Assembly (NCBI RefSeq): GCF_964355755.1
Contig: NC_092670.1
Location: forward strand, 35,824,388 to 35,888,387
Reading direction: 5' to 3'
From: Antedon mediterranea
Taxonomy: Eukaryota > Animalia > Echinodermata
Length of the DNA stretch: 64,000 nt
The notes under the pieces: generated by a model
The model's input: only the letters and a program-made list of their open reading frames with translations
Told to the model about the DNA's origin: nothing
The model's database searches: none
Translations under genes and position numbers: made by a program
Part shown: positions 17,062 through 29,500 of the stretch, one piece after another
Layout of the letters: every line of letters begins with the position of its first letter
Numbering within the stretch: position 1 is the first letter of the stretch

Positions 17062-19400
17062 TTAGGAAAGTTATTATTATTACCGGATTGTCGTCTGATT
17101 TGTCCTGGAAAAGTTGAATAGCAACTGGTAGTAAATCTTTTTCCTGGTTGGAAAAGAATAGCGCAATAGGACTACAAATCTACAAAGACAAAGTAAATCT
17201 CATTTTAGTAGGCCAATAACATCACAAAAAAACTTTTTAAATGGATAAAATGTCAGAAATAGTTTAGTGACTATCACATAAAATGTGTTGATGTTACCGT
17301 TTTAGATGGGTCCGTTGTCGGAAGTTCTTTTGTCATATCAAGATCCACTATAAAAAGTCGTTTCTTTTCAATAGCGCTCTCTATTGTCAAACCTTCCAAA
17401 AGGTTGCTGAGCATGTCGTTTGTCACACCGAATCTAATGATATTAAAAAAATATATTGAAGGAGAATAAACACTAGTAAAGTAAAGTTGTGATACACCAA
17501 GTGTTTTCAAAATACAAGAAATCGATTGAAAACACATACTTTCTTTACTTAATTCATTACGTAGGCGTAAGTCTAAAATTCTTCTTTATTGTATCAAACA
17601 ATTAATCAATACAAAAGGTAGCCAAGATATAGCCGGAGCTAATCAAGCTTGGTACCTTTTACTTAAGCTACGAGATTAACAAATAAATAACAGAACTTAA
17701 AGGAAAATAAACATTTGATAACGTCAAAAACAAAACAAAACATTTTGAATAATAAATAAATAACATAACATAACATAAAATGCTGTACTACACTGTACTG
17801 TAATAAACAACACCATATTCAATAGATAATATCTGATGGATTAGCAATATATAAAACATTGTAAATTATAGAGCAAGAAATTAAAAATTAATCAAACTAG
17901 TTTGACAAAAAAACAGTGTGATGTGCTCAAATATGGTAGTCACATTCTCAAATATGACAGTTACATCATCATGTCCATACAGTATATGGCCACATCACAT
18001 GTTTTATTGTCACATATAGTTTGATAGTGTAGACAGAGCTTAATGGAACCGTTCAGAAAGACTGGCTATGCGTTTTCTTGTTGTTTAGACATTTCGACTA
18101 GCAAATGAAATGCATTTTTTCCGAATTTGAATATATTCAAAGATTATGATTACGAAGTATTCTTAATGTTTATGTGATCGTGTCAGACATCCACGACTCA
18201 TTTTTAATTCTAAAAATAAATACTATAGGAATACTTTTCTGGTATGCGAGTACAAAGCTGTATCAACAATGGATTACAGCCTGTTAATCTTTGCTTTCTA
18301 AATTCAAAATCAGATTTCCAACGATTTACTCTCTGTAAAGAGAAGATAAATTAGCAATGTCTTCTTATTTTTTATTTTAATTTCGGCAAGCACATTTATA
18401 CAAACATGACAATACAAAAATAGCTAGAATGCACCAAGAAGTGGCAAAAGAGGCCAACAGCTTCTGTCGCCAATTAGGCGTGCCACTCCAACAAACAAGT
18501 GACCTAAACGTACAGAAACCAATATAAATATATAACAAAAGTATAATGGTTCTACAATCATTCTTTAAAATGTGTCTGAAAGAACCACCTGTTAAGCACA
18601 ACCATGTACCTCAATTAAAATCTATACAATAACAATTATTTACGGTTGGTTCATTGTAGTGGCCTCTGTAGACATTTTTAAGATCGTCGAGATCTTTCCA
18701 ACGGCGAGATATCTGCTCAATTATTGCTGAGTCAACTTGGTCAATCACCGTTTCAGTGCCAAGTACCAGCTGAAATGGTAATTATAATGGAAATGTCAAT
18801 GATGGATACAATACAGAAACACAACGGCACAGTGTTGTCACAAGTTACCATTGAAAACAAAACAACTTATTTTAAAAAGCACGCGCGCGGAAGGGTTATG
18901 AGTGAGATCTATCTTGGACAACGTGCAACTTCGGTCGCTGGTTTAAAAAGCCAAATTTATTGTGAATATACTGATGGTAATGTATAATAACACGTGTGTA
19001 TATGCTCACCTGGTAAGACAAAGAGAATTTCTCAGAATCTGGTAATATTTTCACCTGTAAACAAAATAAAAGTTACCTTACTGGGGACAGTACAAGTTGT
19101 ACCGCTGTACCGCTGAGTAATATTTACTGTCGGGTTCGGCACACACATGAAACTTAAAAGCTACCGTAAACACATATGAATATGAAAAAACAGAAATTAC
19201 CATGAGGTATCGTTATGTTTGTGTCATGAATATTGCAAGTGGCAGTGTGCATACACAAGTGTCATTAATGATGCATTAAATTATGATTTATTTTATTTAT
19301 TTTTTTTACCATATTTAATGAGGGTAAATTGCTGATCAATAGGGATCCTATCAAAAGACAAACATATACACAAGATGCTCTACATAAACAAAGTCTTAGG

Positions 19401-19514
19401 GAGTGGAGTTGTAATTTTGTCCGTAGAAAAAAATTCTGACATGTGACAGGACTTGAACCCAGGACCCTTGGAGTGGTAGCCAAGCATCATAACCACCAAG
19501 CCACAACTCCACTC
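19401..19514 (-). repeat. 114-bp unit with 12-bp inverted ends enclosing a tRNA-like sequence
   Basis: GAGTGGAGTTGT...ACAACTCCACTC ends. The minus strand has A-box TGGCTTGGTGG, a Gly(ACC)-like anticodon arm and B-box GGTTCAAGTCC, but no proper acceptor stem. Confidence 0.65.
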
Positions 19515-21340
19515 AATTTCACAATAAAGGTAGGCCTAGGCCTAACTATGGTTTAATTGTTGTTCTCAAACCAAACTTGAATTATTTGGCTAGGTCGTTT
19601 TGTACAGACATCTTTACCTGACATGGCATCCCTTCCTCTACTGGTGCAAAAGCGTAAGTTTTCTTCTTTTCCTCTAACTCCTTCTTTCGTTGTTCAGGAA
19701 ATTTGTCGTATTGAGGTAACTCGCTGTCATGTTCTTGGAATTTTGTCCTACTGCCAGGTTTGATCCAGCCATTTATCGGAAAAACATACACCCCGTCGTC
19801 ATGCTTTATCTTGATCCACTCTACAAACCATTTATCAAAGCTGTTCTCTGCCCTCTGTAACTCAATCTATGAAAAGTACCCAAGCTCATCCAAACTGTCG
19901 ACCGGATATTCACTGATACTACCGGCTTTGATGTCATCTTGTTTCCAGTTTAAATTCAGGCGGATTTCCTGTGAACGTTTATTAATGGCACTTACAAGAA
20001 TGATAAATATATTTTCATCCTTCTCCGTCCCCTGATGATCACCAGTTTTGATCTCAATGAAATGACCCGGGCGTTGAAACATCGACGTAGTGGCTCCCAT
20101 GCTGAAATTAATATTATTTATATTCTGTATTATATTGTAAAGTTTTTGATGATTTAAGTGTTAGACTCTAAATAATATGATATCTGGTAGGTGTAATTTT
20201 AAGTTAGTGATTTTCAATTACTTCTACTGCTTATTAAAGTTCCACTCCCTACGTTTTTTTTAGATCTATTTTAATGCCACAAACTACATTTAATTTAAAA
20301 TAAATACTATATTGCGATAACCTTTTTCGTCTTTATACTGTTAAAAATGTAATATGCATTGCGCGCGGATTGATATTTTCGTTTTTCTTCTGTGGTTCAA
20401 CTTTCGCTCGATCGATCGTGAAGGCCAAAAACAAAATGTAAGAATTATTGTAACTTTTCAGCGAAAATACCAGGTTTCACCCAATCTGTATTAATGGCAA
20501 AAACAGAAAGACAATTAATGCAGCAACCGTCAGGCTTGGAATGTTTAGCTAGAGTACCAGCTATGCATACAAAACTAAGCTTGCTATGCTATGCCTAAAG
20601 ACCGTCGACGGGAGCTGGGAATTCACCGCGAGCTACTTAGGTAGTGCATTGTTTCTCTCTTTTTATCATACTTTACCATAAAACGTACATTTAAGACAGG
20701 AATGACCTGGTTTAATGTTTTTTTAAGTAATACAGTATATGCATTATTTTTACAAAACCTCAACAATTGTAGGGAATAGGTCTTTTAATTTAACCATTTT
20801 GATTCACTATAATGGTACATGCCTTGTAAGTTTTTTTTCACGAAATTGTATAAAATAGAATCACTTATCGCTTATAAACAACAAACTATCATTACATCCT
20901 GATAAAACTGAATCTAAAAGAAAACTTAAGAATGTTCTTCTTTTGCTGTTATGTTTTTCAAAGACTTCAAACCACTCAAAATAAAGTTGCTAGATTTATA
21001 TTTAGAATTTCATTGAAACTTTAGAAGTTTTTCTCTCGGGTGTGAACTCGAACCCATAACCTTATGGAGTTTGTGTCCGAAATCAGTAGGAAGACATTTT
21101 CTGCTAAAATAACAATGTAGCTTTTAATATTTCATCACAAATTTCTAAATTTAAGTAAACATTTAAAAAAGGTTATTTTGTGGTTCCTAAGAATATCTAC
21201 AACTACGGTAGTTTTTCTCCACAAAAAATGTATTCAAAATGGGATCACACTAAACTACGGAAACGATGCAGATAAAAAAACCGTACAATTAGAATTGATT
21301 ATTAATACTTAGTAAATAGCCATACAGAATCATAGTATAC

Positions 21341-21442
21341 CTTCAAATAGTTCAACAAAAAATGTATTCTTCTTCTGTCTTCTTCTTCTGTCTTCTTCTA
21401 GTCTGGTTGTTGTACAACTGAAGGTTATCCGACTTTTTTATA
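21341..21442 (-). promoter_or_regulatory. Putative TATA promoter and non-coding first exon of LOX-B
   Basis: TATAAAAA starting at 21442, TCAGTT at 21421-21416, and donor AAG/GTATAC at 21341. TATA-Inr spacing is short. Confidence 0.4.
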
Positions 21443-22619
21443 CTAAATATGTTAACGTTATCTATCTATCTATCTATGCGACATTTATATAGCGCTTTGG
21501 GTGTTTGTTGATGATTAAACTAGACTCTGAACAGCAAATAGGTTAATCAAAGACAACCCGTTAATGACAATAAAATAAAAATTAACGAAAATTATTCAGA
21601 CACCACCGCACTGTTCCCCTGCAATTTAATGCGCAAAGCCTGCATGGAAAGTACGTTATCGAAAATGTTTCTTTTTTTATCTTGATATAGTCGCCAACAA
21701 ACAATGTTTACACTGTCTGAAGTGGCTTGCTTGAGCTATGACTTTTAGATTTTCACATCGACTATATCGACTGATACATTTTTATCATATGCGAATGCGG
21801 AAATACAACTAGCACATTGACCGCTTGTTCAGTGGCATTATCATGTTCGCTCTCTCCCCTCGAGTCGAGTTCGATTGGACGTATGCCGTTATACAATATC
21901 ACTCTTGCAAATGGTTACCACATTTATGGTGGAGAATGATGTCTCGATGATTTTTTTTTAAATGTAGTAAAGCCCATTTCAAATAATAAATTATATTAAC
22001 AAACTGTGAATTATTGATGTTTTCAATAAAGAGTTAATACTAAGATTATGGCCTGATTCGTATCACTAAAGACATCAGCCTTCGTTCAGGAAATTAAGGA
22101 TCTAGGGCCAGCTACCCACATAGCCGACCTAAGCCCGTGTCTTACTACCACTGGCCCATCGATGGAATAGCTCCACGAGTGCTACTAGAGATTACAAGGT
22201 CAGATCCCAAGTTCTTTACAACGTTCACTTGCACGTCAACGTTAATGTCCACTTAATCTAAACGTTTATTTATGTCGACGAGTAACAGTCCTACTACCCA
22301 TGTGGACGTGAACTTCGAAAAATAAAGCGTGTTTTTTAGGTAGCCTACTACAGGCACATGTTGATCATTAATTAGAAGAGACGCATCCGTAATAATTATA
22401 CAGTGCTTAATGTGAGAGGGATTACGATGCACAGTGCATTTTATGACGCAACAAACGAGTTCAGTGGTGTGAAAACATAACATCGAACGCATGACGTGTG
22501 ATGCTCAACTTCAACAATGCGGTGAATTCGCCGCTTCATGACTCCATATGTTCAACTTGTTCAAGCTTTTCTTGAATACGATTATTGAATATTACATACA
22601 TCAATGGGAACCAAACTTA

Positions 22620-22852
22620 AAGGGAACTAACTCTTTACAGTAAAAATTCCATTGTAAATCTAAACACAGACAGAAATTCTTTTCAATATCTGCAGTAAAT
22701 GCATCCTCTATCAATAATTTTAAAACACATCTTGAAACACACTGGAAAACCAACAACCTTAAGTTTTAACCAAGATGTTCAAAGAGGGACTCATAAACCT
22801 TAACAGGTTTATAGTCTAAAAGTCAAGGTACCGTAAGGTAATTCAAGGTAAA
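22620..22852 (+). mobile_element. Degenerate 3' end of a CR1-type LINE
   Basis: AVNASSINNFKTHLETHW motif followed by a (CAAGGTA)-like repeat tail. Confidence 0.5.
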
Positions 22853-23478
22853 GCTATTCACACTTGAAAATACATTATTGTTCTCTCTTTTTTTTTTTTT
22901 TTAATATTCTGATTTAGGCCTAACTTATAATACATTCTGTTAGCTTTTTGCTTATGCTAAACATATTGTAATTGCAAAGATACATCTTTTAACTAGGGTT
23001 TACCTAGGACTCAAAGACTAAAAAAAACTTACGAATTATTAAGAATAAAACCCACAAAGGGAAAATTGTTTTTTCTGTGTAAAATATTTTAAAATGAGAT
23101 AGATGATAATGATCATGTATAATAAAATTAAATATGTTATAACGATGTTTGGAAACAAAAGGGTTATTTTGACCAAAAGTCTTTGTATTAACTTTTTAAA
23201 CTTCTTTTTTAAGTGTATTATAGAAAAATATAAGACAAAAGGAGGTAATACGGAATTCAAAAATTTTAAAATGTTACCGATGAAGGATTTTATGAATTTA
23301 TATAATGACATGAAAGATAATATGAATGTGAATAAAAGTGGTGTTTACGCCAGAAAAGAGGAATAAAAAGAAATAAACTAAAATCTATTTGAGATTGGCT
23401 AAAAACTTGCTGAGCAAATTCTTATAGTCGACAGTTTGAAGTAGAAAGGTTCGATTTGCGATTATTGATTCATATAAT

Positions 23479-24062
23479 AACTAGAAAGCCATTCCGAGAG
23501 TGCATACCTCCGCCTACTGTAAAATTCTCCTACATAAGATTTCTCCGGGAAAAAAATTATATATATATATATTTGTGTGTGTCTTAATGCTGGTTGTGAT
23601 TTAGGCTAATTTCACTACAGGCATGTGTATGCGAGTTTTGGTGTAACGGTTATGTAACAAGCCTTTCAATTAACAATAGCTTCAGTTGACTTAACAATAG
23701 AACAGCAACGCGAAAATCAAACGAGTGAATTTGAAAAGATATAGGTTTTTATAAAAATGAAATTTCAGTTTACTTGTTACTTTAAGACTGCTCGCCGGCT
23801 TTTGAAAAATTCTGTGCTATCTTTTAACACTAGCAGGTCTGAAAATTATACTAAAAAGTGGTCCAGGATTGAGACCATGGTCCCAAATGGTCCCAACATT
23901 TAATGGAATAGTTTTTGACCACATATCTATCTGTATATTCATTTTGGTAAAGATCTTTTAATTACTTTTTGAGTAATCCTGCTAACAAACAAACAGACAG
24001 ACAGACAGACAGACAAACAAACACACGCGATCGATTACATATACCTCCTTGGCGGAGGTAAA
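23479..24062 (-). mobile_element. Helentron/Helitron2-associated non-autonomous element (HINE, DINE-1-like)
   Basis: Subterminal inverted repeat TACCTCCGCC/GGCGGAGGTA, hairpin TACCTCCTTGGCGGAGGTA, (GACA)n microsatellite and CTAGTT end. The empty site is visible in the local duplicate at about 24165-24220. Confidence 0.8.
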
Positions 24063-25218
24063 TAATCATTTAACACATATATAACATTTACACAAGAATA
24101 CGAGTCCTTCTTCTAAGATTAAGCATCTTCTAAGAGTAAGCTTATTTATTCGAAAGTTGCGAGTGTTGATTCATATAATAATAATCATTAGACCTACATA
24201 TATAACATTTACACAAGAATATGGGTCTTCCTCTAAGATTAAGCTTGTTTATTCGAAAGACAGCAAGATTAGATATTGAAACTTGTCATTGTAACAAAAC
24301 CATTAATATGCCTACATATCAAACAGTGTATGATCTACCGTCTGAGCGAGTATAGACCTCTGACATACATATGACCACTTTAATGTAATGTTTATCATTA
24401 CATTATAGCAGTTCAAACGAAGTTTAAAGATTGGAAAGGTTACAGCCGATACACGTGAGCATGCGCACGTAACCCAGCAGAGTACAGTAGTATAGAAAGA
24501 ATCAGAAAAAAAATTATGCATGTAAAATAAAAAAAAAGTAATGGAATTGTATACGAGCCTCTGCATAATGAAAGTAACTGCAATATAATGTACGTAAACA
24601 TACGAAAATGACCATAATATGGTGTTGGTTTTTTTTGTAATATCACGAAATTGTGTAAAAACAATCAATATTGATTGAACGAGTTGTACTGCACATCAAT
24701 TTCGTGTCTAAATAAAGTTTATATATCACTAACGGATAAGCTCATTCTTACATAGGTAGGACTAATGTTAGGAACGGTCCTGTATAGGCCTAACTTAAAA
24801 CAAGACAGATGTAACTGTTATCAACTAAATTTATTATTATTACACACTATTTTATTTATTCATTTATCTTTATTTCGTTTAATTAGAAACAAATTCTGCT
24901 TTGTTCATATTTGTAGCAAGAAAAATACATACTCCCCTTAAACGGAATTCAACACTGACGTTAGGTGCATGGTCGTTGTTACTACTCATAATTCTGGCAG
25001 GACGTGTAAAATGATATGTTACACTTTGAAGATGCGCATAGAACAACATTTAATCAGATCCTATCGATATGGGTTCTGTCTTTATTCAAATGTTACTTAA
25101 AATGTTTTTTTAACATTAAATAACCAAACCAAACATCCTACTATTCTATTTAATTATTTTACTTTATATAACACCTATGATATGCTGTGATTCAACGAGA
25201 GTAGACGTGTTTGAAGGA

Positions 25219-25683
25219 GCTCTCGCTAGCCATACTAGCCAAACCGGCGTTTCAACTAACTGTAACACACCAAGCTGAACATACTTCATATTTCCCGCTG
25301 CAGATCAAATCACAGCGACACACCTTAAGCCTAGACTCTGACTTTTTTTTTTTCTTGGATCAATTTCGTACGGATTACCTATCAATAATCATCATTACTT
25401 TACACAGTTGAATTTATTTGTGCGTTTACATGGACTATATACCAACACTTTGCCGAGGAAAGTAAGCTATCGCTAGCCAAGCTAAACCAGCGATTAAAAC
25501 ACGCCAAGCTGAACAACTCATATTTCCCGCTGAGGGTAAGCTCATAACGGCACAACTTAAACATACCTCTGTCTATTTAGTATAATCTAGAACGGATTAC
25601 CCATTAATAATCATCATTGATTTACACAGTTGAATTTGTGTGTAGTTATTTATGGACAATACCCCCATTTTACTGAGGAATGT
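25219..25683 (+). repeat. Two diverged ~220-245-bp monomers in the LINE 5' UTR
   Basis: 25219-25465 and 25466-25683 share TCGCTAGCCA, CCAAGCTGAACA, CATATTTCCCGCTG, CGGATTACC and TTTACACAGTTGAATTT. Confidence 0.8.
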
Positions 25684-25712
25684 TTCATAAAATAGTGAAT
25701 GGTCTATAGCAG

Positions 25713-26555
25713 ATGGCTATTAACAATTGGAATACCCAAGACTACTATAAAATGATTGTCAGTATAATTATAAATACCATTGTTCTCGTACCAATTGCAT
25801 TCAAGCTACTTATTATAGCCGGCGATATAGAAACAAATCCGGGTCCTATAGAAACCAGACAAACAACAATTAAAGAATCAATGGGAATGGAACCTTCATT
25901 GAAAGATGTTTTGAAACAACTTAACGATATGAATACAGTTTTAAACGATAAAATGGATAGGATAGCTTCTGATTTCGCTTCAATTAAAGGAGATATGTCG
26001 AAAGGATTTGACAGGCTAACTAAAAAAATAACTGATTTGGAAGAAGAAAATATAAGACTAAAAAACACAAACAAAGTTATAACTACACAACTAGATAAAC
26101 TAGAAGCTGAAAGTCGTCGTAATAACATCATTATTTATGATATCCCTGAAGATGATAGAAATGAAACGTGGCTTGACTGCGAACGAAAGGTAAAGGATTA
26201 TATAACAACAAATTTAGAAATCGAAGAGGTCGCTTTCGAGAGAGCGCATAGATTGCACAGCAAAAGTAACCCACGACCAATCATAGCAAAACTTACTAGC
26301 TACAAACAAAAAGATGAAATAATGTCCAAAAATAGAGCACTCAAAAGGAAAATGACTGGAAATAAATCAAAAATTAACATGGGTGAAGATTATACTTTCA
26401 GAGTCCGTAAAATTAGAAAAGGCCTACAACCAAGGATACAACAAGCAATCAAAAACAACGATCGTTTTCGGCTCAGATATGATAAGCTGTTTATAGGCGA
26501 CGAAGTATATACATTCAACGTAGAAGACAACAAAATCATAAACCTCACAAAATAG
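25713..26555 (+). CDS. LINE ORF1p (coiled coil + RRM-type domain) with N-terminal 2A-like peptide
   Basis: 280 aa. LLIIAGDIETNPGP at aa 32-45, a heptad region, then SRRNNIIIYDIPE, ERAHRL, PRPIIAKL, GEDYT and YDKLFI motifs of L1/Tx1-type ORF1 proteins. Confidence 0.9.
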   Translation: MAINNWNTQDYYKMIVSIIINTIVLVPIAFKLLIIAGDIETNPGPIETRQTTIKESMGMEPSLKDVLKQLNDMNTVLNDKMDRIASDFASIKGDMSKGFDRLTKKITDLEEENIRLKNTNKVITTQLDKLEAESRRNNIIIYDIPEDDRNETWLDCERKVKDYITTNLEIEEVAFERAHRLHSKSNPRPIIAKLTSYKQKDEIMSKNRALKRKMTGNKSKINMGEDYTFRVRKIRKGLQPRIQQAIKNNDRFRLRYDKLFIGDEVYTFNVEDNKIINLTK

Positions 26556-29500
26556 GGTTTTGGCCGTGGTCCTAATGAAGAACAATCTGAACCATCTTTG
26601 AAAGTCACTAAACACATTGATTGTATTTCTTGGAATATTAATGGTATTAATAACAAATTCGCTGATTCTGACTTTATTGAGTATGTTAACAAATTTGACA
26701 TAATTTGTTTTAGTGAAACATGGGATAAATATCGGAACGATTACAATATTAAAGGTTTTACTTGCATATCAAAATTACCAGATAAAACAAGTCGACATGG
26801 AAGAAATAGTGGAGGCGTAATGGTATATTATAAATTAAATCTCGTCGTTGAAGAACTGCCAAGTGCATCGAATAACATTATTTGGTTAAGGATTACTCTA
26901 TCCCCAACCGACACTGTTGTAATCGGTTTTTTGTATAGACCACCAAGTACATCCAGTTACGCGACAACTGACTTTTTTGACATTTTATCTAACGAATATT
27001 TGCATTACAGCTCCCAAATATCAGACATAGTATATGTAGTTGGCGACTTTAATGGTAGAACTGGTTCGGAGGACGATTACATATCTGCTGACGAAAATGA
27101 CACATGGAACAATAATCTTTTTCTGGAAGACAACATCCGGATTGAAAGTAGAACGAATTCTGATTGTATACTAAATTGCTACGGTAAAGATATATTAGAA
27201 TTTTGCAAAGAAACTGGTATGCGAATCACAAATGGTAGAATTGATAAAGAATCATCCAGTGGTTTTACATTTATCAGTTCACAAGGTAAAAGTGTATGTG
27301 ATTACCTTCTTACTAACTCAAACAACTTTAAACTAATATCTTATTTAAGAATTGATGACCGTGTTGAATCGGATCATATGCCAATTGCCTTTAGTATTCA
27401 ATTCAAAGACAAAGAACACACCAAAATGATTGTCAATGAAGATGACACGTTTACCCAGAGTACGTTCAAATGGTCCAACAGTTACATTAATGCATCCAAA
27501 GTCAGATGGGAACATGATATCATTGAAACTATTGATAATGATTTTATGAATGCTATCTCTCAAAATAAAATTGATGAGGCAGTTTCACATTTATGTAAAA
27601 TTTTTGAATACGTATGTAAAGGAATTAAGTATACACAAACAAGTAAATCTTCAACTTCTACAAAACGAAACGAATGGTTTGATAAAGATTGTAAGAACCT
27701 TAAAATGCAGGTTAAACAATCATTAAAGAGATTTAGAATTATGCGCACTCAACCTTTTTTAAATAATTATATTCAGATAAAAAAGCAATATAAATCGCTA
27801 TTAAAATGCAAAAAAAATAACTTTCATAAAAGAATACGCAAACAAATTATCGATTCACTCAATATAAAGGATAGCAAAACGTTTTGGATGAAGTTGAAGA
27901 CAAAACAGAAATTATCTTGCGAACTTTCTATTAATCAATGTTATATTCATTTTAAGAACCTATTTAAAAACGATGAGTCTATAGGTAGCGCTGAGTTGCC
28001 AAAAATCACAGAATGCCAACAGAATGAAGACGATGATTATTTAGACCACGACATAACGTTGGATGAAATAAAAAAAGCATTTAATTCTCAAAATAGTGGA
28101 AAAGCTCCCGGCATTGATGGAATGAATTTTGAATTTTTGCTAAACGCCCCCAACATTATTTTTGATATTTTAAAAATTCTTTTTAACGCCATATTTTTAG
28201 TTGAAAAATTTCCCAAACAATGGGCAACAAGCTTAATCGTTCCAATTTTTAAAAATGGAGATAAAAACAAACCTGAAAATTATAGAGGTATTTCTTTAAT
28301 TCCAATCCTAGGAAAAATATTTTTAAATATTCTTAATTCTAGGTTAACACAATTTACAAATAGTAAAAAGTTAATTCATGAGGAACAAGCAGGCTTTCGT
28401 AAGGGATATAGAACGACAGATAATATATTCATTTTAGATACCCTCATCTCTAAATACTTAGATAAAAAGCGGGGTAGGATTTTTGTTTGTTTTGTTGATC
28501 TTAAACGTGCCTTTGACTCTATAAATCATACACTTTTACTACATAAGTTGAAATGTATCGGTGTTTCAGGCAGAATGTTACACATAATAAATTCCTTATA
28601 CCAAAACTTATCTGCTCATGTTAAAATTGGCAACAAACTTAGTCCATCTTTTAATTGTTCGATTGGAGTACAACAAGGTTCTCCGTTGTCGTCTTTACTC
28701 TTTAATATTTACATTAATGATTTGAGTGGTATACTTAATCAGGTAAACGATTTCATTCAAATTGGAGATTGTCATATGAATCATCTTCTTTATGCAGATG
28801 ACTTAGTGCTTGTTAGTGATACGGTGAAAGGTCTCCAAAAATTAATAAATAAACTTGAACTTTATTGTGATACTTGGAAACTTACTGTAAACACTACAAA
28901 ATCCAAAATTATGGTTTTTAAAAATGGCCGCAATTTAAGGAACATTGAAAAATGGAAGTATAAAAATATTCAATTAAAAATTGTTAATTCGTATAATTAT
29001 CTTGGTGTTATTTTTAGTTCAAATGGTGCATGGAACAACTCAATGCAACATAATCAACAAAAAGCAAATCAAAGTTTATTCTGCTTAAAATCATTCATTT
29101 ATCGTAACTTATCTTTTCTTCCAATTAATACATGGAACCATATCTTTGATGTGAAAATACTTCCTATTTTAACGTATGGAAGCGAAATCTGGGGAATGTC
29201 AGATAGCACAAACATTATAGAAAAAACACATACTAAATTTTGTAGATATTTATTGCAAGTTGGAAAAAATGCACCAAATGCCGCGGTTACTTCTGAGTTA
29301 GGTAGATTACCACTTTCTGTGGATTGTTTAGTTACAGTTATAAGATTTTGGTTACACATTATTACTTTAGATCATGACAGATTCATTTTTAAGTGTTATG
29401 AGTTTCAACTTAGAAAAGTTAACCGTAATGAGAATTGTTGGGCACAACAGGTTAAACACTTACTCTTTTCTACTGGTTTTGGTTATATATGGTTACAACA

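Larger units (their letters stand above)
13614..20100 (-). pseudogene. Lipoxygenase paralogue B; full 11-exon structure with a single in-frame TAG at codon 78
   Basis: Exons 20100-19618, 19054-19010, 18769-18644, 18332-18235, 17433-17298, 17179-17084, 16489-16275, 15336-15077, 14853-14588, 14346-14183 and 13728-13614. Iron-ligand motifs HLGMTH, HAAVN and C-terminal PNAISI are intact. TAG at 19869-19867 aligns to Glu in LOX-C/D. Confidence 0.85.

Noticed and set aside
19867-19869. Programmed readthrough or selenocysteine at the LOX-B stop
   Set aside because: The codon is UAG rather than UGA, its UAG-A context is not a recognised leaky one, and the paralogues have an acidic residue there. A point mutation is simpler.
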